From positions 76,508,001 to 76,572,000 of the forward strand of contig NC_043008.1 of the NCBI RefSeq assembly GCF_006345805.1: a stretch of 64,000 nt of DNA. The letters run 5' to 3'. The notes below the pieces were generated by a model. That model was not told where the DNA came from, ran no database searches, and saw only the letters and a list, made by a program, of their open reading frames with translations. Positions 53,809-64,000 of the stretch are shown one piece after another. The position numbers were made by a program, and so were the translations under genes. Source of the stretch: Octopus sinensis. Lineage: Eukaryota. Position 1 is the stretch's first letter. Each line of letters opens with the position of its first letter.

Positions 53809-54382
53809 ATGCCCTGATGCAGTAACATGCCCTGATGCAGTACCAGGCAGTGGCTCTCATGGCTTCTGATCTTAACTGATTGGAAGTGTTATCATGTACA
53901 TTGTTTAGTCTTGGTATAAAAGATGGGCTACAGCAAATATTCTGCTCAATACCACAGATTTGCTTGTCAGTTGCTTGACCTTAACCAGTTGAGCATGTCC
54001 CTTAGTGGCTGACGATATGTGCATCTCTGATCACGAGCAGAAGTAGTGGGGGAGCATCATAGCTATGTGTTGAGAGGGATTCTTTGGGGTTTGAATAGTT
54101 CACCTCTGGAAACATGGGTGGTTCTTTCAACATCCTTAAACAACCCTTATTCAGGGACCGTTTGAGCGGGATGGGCTACTCAACCTGACGAAAATTCTAA
54201 CTGGGCCCCACCTGCAAGGGCATGTGCTGTTTATCTTGATATGAGATCACCATGTCGCGCACATATGGTTGTGATGCATGTGCCTGGTGTACCTTTATCA
54301 GACGGGTATTCATGATGGGTATATTGGGCTTCGTATATTTTACCCCAGTGTCACTTTGATGGCATGAACTGCTCTCTCACTC
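53809..54382 (+). mobile_element. ~540 bp (TAA)n-embedded element, copy 2 (5' 18 bp duplicated)
   Basis: Matches 1252-1792 end to end; atgccctgatgcagta occurs at 53809 and again at 53827; (TAA)n on both sides. Confidence 0.8.
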
Positions 54383-54413
54383 AATAATAATAATAATAAT
54401 AATAACAATATTG

Positions 54414-54446
<33 letters not shown>

Positions 54447-54456
54447 TATAATAATA

Positions 54457-54499
<43 letters not shown>

Positions 54500-54504
54500 T
54501 AATG

Positions 54505-54585
<81 letters not shown>

Positions 54586-54587
<2 letters not shown>

Positions 54588-54745
54588 GCAGTGGCTCTCA
54601 TGGTTTCCGATCTTAACTGATTGGAAGTGTTATGTAGATTATTTTGTCTTAGTATAAAAGATGGGCTACAGCTCAAGACCACAAATTTGCATGTTCGGTT
54701 AGCTTTTGACCGTAGCCAGTTGAGAAGGTCCCCTAGTTGCTGGCC
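54586..54745 (+). mobile_element. (TAA)n-embedded element, partial copy 3 (5' part only)
   Basis: aggcagtggctctcatgg...ttaactgattggaagtgttat...gtataaaagatgggctacagc...ccagttgag. Confidence 0.75.
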
Positions 54746-55816
54746 ACACAACATACACTAAACACACTGTTTGATAATCGAGAAGTTATGGCTTAAAAAT
54801 CCATCGCTTACCAAACAGAAATCTTCACAAAATTTCTGGCACAGAAGCAAACTCTAGATCTGTCTAACAGATACTACTTTAAAATTTCGGTCCCACCAAT
54901 TCGTCCACTAATTCAGAAGCATATTTAAAAAAAGCTTACACCACTTTCTTTACGTATTCTCATGTGAAAACCTAACCGAACACCAAATGCAATATTAAAT
55001 GGGTGATTATATACCACACAAAAGGTTTACATGCAAAATGGTACTTGCCAACGGTACATTCAAGACTTTTCCACGTTATTACAAGCAAAATCATAAATCA
55101 AAATCGAACTTACATCCTCTTGCATGCTCAAACCCCAATAACTATTGCGCATCAGGGCGCTCATCCACATACAGGGAACGACATACTCTAACATTTCTAT
55201 ATCACAATCTTCAATCCTGCATTTCTTTATCTTAAAATTTCGTGATATAAATATTTGTGGTTTTATAATATTCCATCTAAGAACAACAAAAATTTTCGCT
55301 TTTTCAATTATGTTTAATACCTTGCTGCTTACACGCAAAAATTAATTTTGTAACAATCTCTTTTCCTTATTGACAAGTTGTCATTTGTAAATTTGAAATT
55401 GTGAATATTTTTGAGATTTTAGACTCCGACACTCTAAACCCAGTTGCATATATTTCTGTATGTCAGTACTCACAAATTATTTGTTTTGCAATTCGGTAAT
55501 TTGGCAAGATTACATTTAGATTTTGTAATGTTTGCACTGCTTATATTTACAGAAGTAATTGGTATATAACTGGCATTTACATTTGAAATACATTTTGTAC
55601 AATGTTTGTGCTTTTTGCACAATCTTTCACTTTTAAACACATTTTTATCCACATATATACAGTATATTTGCAGTATCCTACATTGATATCGCTCTTTAGC
55701 TGATATTCGCATTGTACGTAAATTTATGTTTGATCCTGATGTGCTATATATATATATATATGGTCATATATATATAGAGGAGTGCACGCACATACACAGA
55801 CGCGTGCGCACACACA

Positions 55817-55853
<37 letters not shown>

Positions 55854-56285
55854 GTATATATATATATATAAGAAATTAAAGAAGGAAAATGCACACACTT
55901 TACATAGTTTTAATATACTTTTTTATATATCTTGTATTGTGTTTGTCGACCGGTTTCGCTTTCGCTATTCATAAGATTAAAATTTATTTAAATACGTTTT
56001 TTCTTAAGAAGAATTTTTTGTCTATGTTGTCTGTAAATTTTATGAATGAATGATTCAACAAGTAGAAAAATTTAAGGAAAAGTAACAGGTTATTGTTACA
56101 ATTTTGGATAAATTATGAATAAATTAAGAAATGGAGCCAAATGCGTTAGACACCATTTCCACTTAAACCTGGAATTTCTACCTTTTAGGGTGTAAATAAC
56201 CTTGGCACTTATGTGAATTTTTGCTACCCTGGTACTATTTATTTATGTTTTCCTTGATATTTGTATAACTTAAAATACACATACA

Positions 56286-56348
<63 letters not shown>

Positions 56349-57014
56349 CACAAGAAAACAAATATGTAAATTAATGTAGACTTACCTTATATTTCGGTTT
56401 TATGACCCCATTTTCAAGAAATTGACGAATATTTCCGATATGTGTGTGTGGGCTGGACATGCGCAGAAAGGTGTTGCTATAGCAATCAGGTGTGTATTAT
56501 ATATGCTTACTTATATGTTTGAGTATGTGTATTTGTATATATACGAATATATATGTGTTTGTATGTAGATATCTGAATGCGTACGCATGTGTTTATGTAT
56601 ATATCTATTAATGTGTGAATTTGTGTACCTCTCACTCTCATTAATATGTGGGGATGTGCTTTACTTCAAGCCAAGATTTTCGACCCGATAAGCAACAGCC
56701 AGTGCACCACTTCTTGTGGCATAAGAAATTAATCTTAAGAGAGGACATATGCTATCTCTCGTTTTATAAAAGAACAGGCCATAAATTTCTTCACACACTG
56801 ATAAACATAAATTGCGTTTACTTGAAGAATCGCTGGTTCCAAGAAATCAAGCACTGAGAGAACTTCCAGTCATTTCTTTTCGCTACAGTCTTTAATATTA
56901 TAGTCTTCTATTTCTTTTTCTTCTTTTGCTTACTTTTTCTATTTCGTCTACTGCGTTCATTTTCTTTCTTTCTTTCTTTCCTTCTTTCTTATTATTATTA
57001 CTATCATCCTAATT

Positions 57015-57068
<54 letters not shown>

Positions 57069-58578
57069 TTCATCATCGTCATCATCATCATCATCATCAT
57101 CATTACCATAGTCGTCGTTATCATCGTCATTAGCATCATTATATGTCTGTTTCTCTATTACTCTAAGCCACTCATTGTTATTGTGGACATCTATCCAATA
57201 GGCCCCATCTTGGTTGTCTGCATTGTTAGTTGATCCAAGCTACTCTATGAATGTATACGTGAGACGTTCTGCATATTAATTACACATAATATGGGTCAGT
57301 CTCACTTCTATATTGTAAGGAGTTGAAAAATTACCTTTAAGGTTAGCTTGAAATTAGAAGACAAAACTCTTCGATAAAAACTTCAACAATAGCATTTAAT
57401 CAAAATTTTCGAAAAATAACACCAGTGCAGCTTAGACTCCTAGTATCTTTAAAACCGTATATTCCATGCTGGAGAAATTTTACAAAATTAGGACGTCGTT
57501 TGTTTTCCTATGTCGACTATTTAATGTGGCTGTGGGCTCTTATGATCGGTTTGATAATAAATTTTATATCTTTGTCGAGATGATGGCATGTCAATTTCCG
57601 ATCATGTGAATGAAAATTCGTTTTATGCGTTTAGGCAAGCCTCAAACACATGATAACCGTTTACTAATATCAGAGTAATTGTTTACATAACTCATTAAAT
57701 TAACACATCCTTTATGGAACGATGAAAAATTTATAGATATTAATAAGCCGTTCCGTCATTCTCATTTAGTGCCACAAGTTAGCCGTCGCAATTTTAGAAT
57801 TTTTTCAGATGAAGACACGTTCAGTTGTGCATCATTTTAGTGCACCATTTACTGGGAAATGAGTGTCCCTTACGAGAAACTATTACACATATTCCTTATC
57901 ACTTTGTAAGATTATAACATTTGTCTATGTCTGTAACTATACAAATACATCACACCGCTTGCATACACATAAACATGCCCACACAATTTCACACAGCGAG
58001 TGGTGTTCAAATTTCCTTGGGCGTTTCGACCCTAAAGCACAATATCCTCTTGTCGACGTGCAGGAAATTATGGTTAATCATTGATCATCTTTTCTAGGTT
58101 TCCAGATCAACCCCTTCAAGTACTCCAGAGTTAGTTTCGTAGCATTGTTGTCTTTCATTCCAGTTATTCGTTACGAGCATTGAACCGGAATAGTTATAAA
58201 CATGTAGGACAGGAAATAAGCAATTGACTTCACGTACAATTGTGCTGTTATGCACTTTATGGTTGTATTCTATGTTTGTGTGAAATTAGGTGACACAGAA
58301 AGAAAATGTTAGTCTGCGTTTGAAGTGTGTGTGTGTGTAATGGAAGTTGTGACGTAGTATTAAACTGTTGGGCTGTATATAAAATACACACAGGTGTGTC
58401 CGCTGATGACTGCAACAAAGCATTAAAGTATTGGTCTAAGATTGTTGCTATGTCTACGGTGAAAAATGGTTTTTGAAGAAATGTTTTAGTTTTGAATTTA
58501 ATATGTAGTAAATTGAAAATCTAAACGCTCCACAGTTAATAGCTGTTCCTCAAACTGTTTGCATAATTATATTTGAAC

Positions 58579-58616
<38 letters not shown>

Positions 58617-60235
58617 GCGTGTGAGTATGACTGTGTGTTTGTGTGTTTGTGTGTGTGCGTGTGTGCCTGGTCATTATGCTGCGTTATTTAAGTGTTAGGA
58701 TTTATTCAAAGCCACCATTTCCGTCGCTCTCTAAGAACACGGAACTAAATAGAAGGAAGCTATTTTTTGTGCACTCTTAGTTTTTGTTTGTCAAATGTTT
58801 GGAAATGGCTGTTTGAAAATCGAACGTAAATACTACTGACGTCATCTGAATGGAGTTAGACAAAAACTTCATTAGAAAGAAGAGTGCGCGCAAATTGACC
58901 ATAAATACTAATCTCAAAGAAGGAAATTAAATGCTGTTAGTTATAGGATACTTTCTTATTCAGGTCTCACCTAAGAGAACGCTAGTCAATTTTATTATCA
59001 TACAACCCATTATATTTTTTCAATTTATTTTCTTTTCCGAAATTGCCCTTGGAAATTTGCCACTTCTATAATGGCGGTACTTAAAAAATTTCTTAATCGA
59101 ACCTACAAATTTTCCGAAAAGCAAGAGGTCATATTATTTATATCCTACAGCGAATATTTGTTTCACCTACCATAAATGAAAGACTTTCAAAACACTTCGC
59201 ATATTCTATGCAATATTTTCTATAAGTATTTCATTTTGTTCACTTTCATTTTTATATCAATTACCCTCGCCAGCACAAGTATAGATTATGGTGTACGTAT
59301 GCGCGTAGACATGTGCGGGTAGATACATACATACATAAATACATACATAAATATGCGACTGCGTGTGTGTGTTTGTGTGAATCTGTGTGTGCATGTGTGT
59401 GCGTGTATACAGTGTAGGATTCGAGGATTTTGTTTATTCACGAGTTGATTTCTTAATTTTACCGGAGTATCAATACCTATAATGGTGATACGTAAAAAAA
59501 TTTCTTAATCCAACTTACAAATTTCCCGATAAACATGTTTCGTCAAACACTTACAAAGCTTAATTCATTTCAATTAAAAATCATGGGTAAACAACGCATT
59601 GTAAGCCACACTATAATTTGCGAAAAAATTTATCTGTGCGCAGGGTGTGCATCGCATCTCCGATGTCTCTTGTTTATTATTTTTTTTTCTAATATCCTTA
59701 TTACAAAAATATTATTTCAAATTGACGCCACAAACATATACAATGTGGTACATTAATAGGAACGGCTTGATAGTGATTTCCTTTGAGGCATTTCCAAAAT
59801 CTGATTCTATAATTCAGTAGCCAATCGGATGTCCGTTCTCCAACCAAACTTAAGTGATTACTTTCCCCTATCTCTATTAATGATATTTCCACCTGCTTCA
59901 TAAGACATCTTTTCTATTATATAATTTATCATAATGATCATTGGTAGAGTGCAATTTTAAGGCAATTTGGCTGTTGTTTCTAGCTGTTAAATAGACAAAG
60001 CACCCTCATTTGATAATTAAGTATTATGCTCTTTATGTTTGTATGTGCGCGGACATGCACATACACGTATATGTAGTACTCTACTCTACTCTACACAAGT
60101 ACATCATACTGGTTGACAGAAAAATAAATGATCTTGTTTCACTGTTGGCATTACAGGCATGCTGGCACAGGATGTTTAACCGTTGAGAGATTCGGAGCTT
60201 AGTACCTAAGCAGCTATAAGGAATTTTATAACACA

Positions 60236-60281
<46 letters not shown>

Positions 60282-60297
60282 TATACGCACACACACT

Positions 60298-60332
<35 letters not shown>

Positions 60333-60339
60333 TTTCATT

Positions 60340-60500
60340 TTTTACTTAATTCACTCATTAGACGTGCAACCATGCCGCTACACGGTCTTGTGAGTTTAAC
60401 CGAACGAATTGACTTCAGTGGTTATTTTTCTATGCCTGGTACTTATTCTCTAGGAATTTTTTTTGCAGAACTGCTAAATTAGAGGGGTGTAAACAAAGCT
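60340..60500 (-). mobile_element. Old SINE family A 3' fragment
   Basis: tcattagacgtgcaaccatgc...cctggtacttattct...gcagaactgctaaatta resembles 9245-9380. Confidence 0.55.
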
Positions 60501-60745
60501 TTTTATTATTATCTTTATGACCTTCTGCTGCTACTCAGCACATTGGGAAGCAAGCTTCCTTAAGCAAGTTTGGTTGGCTGATACTCATGCATATCTATTC
60601 CAAGCAAGGTTGACTGTCTTCAGGTCATCTTGAAATGTCTGCGACCAAATATCCTTCGACCTGACCTTTTAACGCCTGCCGACAGGTGGTATCCTGGTGA
60701 TGGTTGTTTTCGAGTACCATTGATCAGATGACTACATACATACAT

Positions 60746-60793
<48 letters not shown>

Positions 60794-60795
60794 TA

Positions 60796-60843
<48 letters not shown>

Positions 60844-60851
60844 ATATATAT

Positions 60852-60889
<38 letters not shown>

Positions 60890-61459
60890 CAACTTATAAA
60901 TAAGGGCTAAAGAAAATTATTTCTATGCCAATATGCTGATAACAGACTTTTAAATCGTCAATTTTCACATATTACTATTCACTATAGGGACTGGTAACCA
61001 CTATAAGCTGTAGTGGAGAACAGTTCACACGTGTGCTGAGGCTGACCAAAGGATTTTATTTTTAGATATATCTGGGGTACTTATATATACTCATGATTTT
61101 TGCTTCGGCTTTTTTCCATGGGCGCATGTATCTTATTTATATCTTTTCGTATTTTCTACTGAAGAGGAAAAAATCTATTATGAGATTAATTCCGAAATTA
61201 ATTCAATATAGAAATAACGAACTTTTTTAAAAAATCCTATTGGCTGGCTTTCCTCGATTTCAGCTCTTCGTGTTTTCTGTAGCGAGTAAATAATATGTGG
61301 AAATTGACTGTTATCAGTATATTGGCATAGAAATAATTTTCTTTTGCCCTTATTTATAAGTTGTTTATAATTTTAACCTTAAGGTATTTTAATATGCTGC
61401 CACATTTTTTTGATGGAATTTTTTTTTTCTGTAAACAAACTTCATCCTATATTAATAGT

Positions 61460-61462
<3 letters not shown>
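60890..61462 (+). mobile_element. Penelope-like mini-element with inverted pLTR
   Basis: 56-bp inverted repeat 60890-60945 / 61308-61363, (TA)n flanks, internal hammerhead motif. Confidence 0.65.
61150..61215 (+). ncRNA. Minimal hammerhead-like motif
   Basis: CTGAAGA-GGAA aa AATCT attatg AGATT aa TTCC-GAAA-TTAA-TT; palindromic stem III; stem I (ttcta/tagaa) is offset. Confidence 0.45.
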
Positions 61463-61544
<82 letters not shown>

Positions 61545-62035
61545 CCATGCATGTGTATAACGATACTTTTCTCTCTCTCTCACTCTCTCTTTCTTTCTCC
61601 ATATATAAAAAAAGTTTTATATCTCTGCCGTAAGTCTTCATTTCCACACAGGCCAGCTGAATTCAATTCGTCCCCAGTCGAAAGACACCTGTTATTATGT
61701 CCTGTTATTATTATTATTTATTTTTTTTTTGTATTTTGTATTTATATTCGTGGAACATCGTCTGTTTTTCCGTCCTTGTTTTCGTATACATTCGATACTT
61801 TATTACAAGGAATCTAATGCTCATAGCTTAGTTTTTCCTTTGGGCTGGCCAGATTGGAACAATCTCAAGATTAATCAGCCGAAATTGAGAGGATGATCCG
61901 GTTCTTGACTGAGGATAGAAAGCTTCGAATGACCCGTCCTTGTTTTTTTTCTATCGTCTATCTGGATGTTCCATTGTCTCTTTTTGTATCACCTAGTTGT
62001 CCGGGTGTTTTGCGTTCTTGTCCCATTTTGTATTT

Positions 62036-62074
<39 letters not shown>

Positions 62075-62075
62075 T

Positions 62076-62655
62076 TTTACATCTAATATAGGATGAAATT
62101 TTCGAAAAAATTTTATCAATGGCCATCATATTAAAAAATACCATTAAAGGTTAAATTTATAAACAATTTATAAATAAGAGCAAAAGAAAAACTTCCAATG
62201 CCAAATATGCCGATAATAGACTTAAATCGTCAATAACTATATAATTCATCACTATAAACACGCGTCTCGAAGCAAGCCGACAGAAATTTCTAAAACATTT
62301 CGTTATTATCGAATCGGCCCCGACTTCTGAGTTAATTCATACAGAATTTCCTCGTCGTCAGCGATAAATACGATAAGAAAATAAATTAGATACTTTCTCG
62401 CACCTATGGAAGAGGTAAACACTGAGTCATGTGTACACTTAAGTACCCCAAATATATCCAAAATAGAAATTCTACAACATACCTCAAGACACGAGTCATC
62501 GAGCTGATAATTCTCATATAGTGAGAGAGTCCGGAAGTGAATAGTATTAAATTTACATCTAATATAGGATAACATTTTCGAAAAGATTTTATCAATGGCC
62601 AGCATATTAAAAAATACCTTTAAAGGTTAAATAGTGATGAATTATATAGTTTTAG
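62076..62655 (-). mobile_element. Second copy of the same Penelope-like pLTR family, with direct and inverted segments
   Basis: 80-bp direct repeat 62076-62156 / 62552-62632 (similar to the revcomp of 61368-61460); 62162-62230 similar to 60890-60960; 62632-62650 inverted to ~62234-62252. Confidence 0.6.
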
Positions 62656-64000
62656 CTTAAGAGTAATTGGGAAATAATTTATAGTACGTTGAGGGGTTAC
62701 TATAAAAACTTTTTTTATATATTTATTAATCATATAAGATTTTTAGAGTATATATAATAATTAGTGGTTTTTAATTATTTAATTTATTCTGTATTAAGTA
62801 TTATTTATCATAGTTATTTTATTAATAAATCTTATAGTATAGAGTGATTTTATTCTTTATTTGTGACTTCATTCTATTTACATTTATTGATAAACCATAA
62901 CTGTTCCCATTCACAATCTTCATTGATAAAGCGTATTTGTTCCTCACGCTTAATGAATTCTTCAACAATTTATTCTTTTTTTGCTAATAACGTAATTCCA
63001 CGAGTATTCTTATAAACGCTGTAAAGACGTTTTCCGATTCAAAAGTTTAGTTCATCACAAAATCCCGCTAAGCTAAGTATATATTTATATTTGAGATCTT
63101 TAAATTTTAATATTTTATAAGTCTTATAATATAATATTTTTTTAATGTAAATATGGTTGTTTATGTAATGATCTAATTATCGTAATTTTCTATATAATTA
63201 TTAGATATTAACTTTAAGTTTATTCGTAAGAATTTTCTTAGCGATAGATATGTTGTTTGATAGCAAGTATACGAGTTGTTTAAAGTTAGGTTTATGTATA
63301 TACATGTATTAATAGCATTAATTGTAGTTTTAAATTCCTTATAATTATTATTTTAACTTATATATTGTCTTTTTAAATTGATATTTGCTAGTTTTATTAT
63401 TCCCATTGATAAATATATTTATAGTATTTATTTGATACTATATAAGAATTGATTATTTCTTTAAGTATTTTAAATATAAGATTTCTGAAAGTTATTATTT
63501 AGCCAACGAGATATAAAGATAGTTAATTTGCTATAGCGTTCGTTTAAGATTGTTTGTTTGCATATTTGAAATTAGCTATTTCATCTTTAGATATGAAAAA
63601 TTAATTTATTAGGTCTTTATTATAAGTGCATATATATTTATTTATAGAGATTATTTTAGATCTTATTGATATACATTTATATATTTTCATTGATAATTTA
63701 TATATTATTTAAATTTTATATTTTTAATAATATAATAGTTTTTTTGTAAAATATTTATGTAATTAGATATTGACTATTACTGATATTAGATTATTGGTTG
63801 GTTTCTTACCTTAAAAATTAATACTTAAAAATTAAAATTAATATTTAACATTATAATTGATGTTTTGATATAATTATAATCGTTAAGTTTCTAGTTTGAT
63901 AATAGAGTTTTTTATAAGTAAAATTATTATATTATTTATTTCTTAAAAATATTGTTTAAATATTTCTGATTATTTATTAAAATATTACAATTAACCTGAA

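Noticed and set aside
56378-56430. Minus-strand splice donor (AAG|gtaagt) with an upstream ATG
   Set aside because: The ATG frame stops after three codons; no other support.
57960-58480. Possible Tc1/mariner remnant
   Set aside because: Only vague similarity; no catalytic motif or TIR could be read.
61895-61945. ctgaggat...cgaat as a hammerhead (also 32780-32820, 33600-33690, 49108-49140)
   Set aside because: Core nucleotides (CUGANGA or GAAA) or stem pairing are missing.
62660-64000. Mitochondrial insertion (NUMT)
   Set aside because: Only AT richness suggests it; no recognisable mitochondrial gene, rRNA or tRNA motif.

Overview
AT-rich, microsatellite-dense animal (non-vertebrate) genomic DNA. 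The SINE complement most resembles octopus/cephalopod repeats (inference). No host protein-coding gene, rRNA, tRNA gene or CRISPR can be supported. The window is a patchwork of mobile DNA: (1) a near-complete R4/Dong-clade RLE non-LTR retrotransposon (33752-37787, minus strand; about 1272 aa once two compensating frameshifts are bridged) plus four further R4-like remnants, three of them also next to (TAA)n tracts; (2) a ~540 bp non-coding element found only between (TAA)n tracts, a candidate non-autonomous partner of those LINEs; (3) several Penelope-like remnants with inverted pseudo-LTRs carrying minimal hammerhead-ribozyme motifs; (4) a tandem pair of ORF1-only Tx1/L1-like elements whose 3' tail resembles the tail of one of the two abundant tRNA-derived SINE families; (5) a young CR1-like 3' fragment nested in a decayed Penelope ORF, a mariner remnant, a Tx1 endonuclease remnant, Helitron-like non-autonomous elements and a hAT-like element with an 8-bp TSD. 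Most ORFs in the supplied track are microsatellite artefacts. All alignments were done by eye, so boundaries of decayed elements are approximate.
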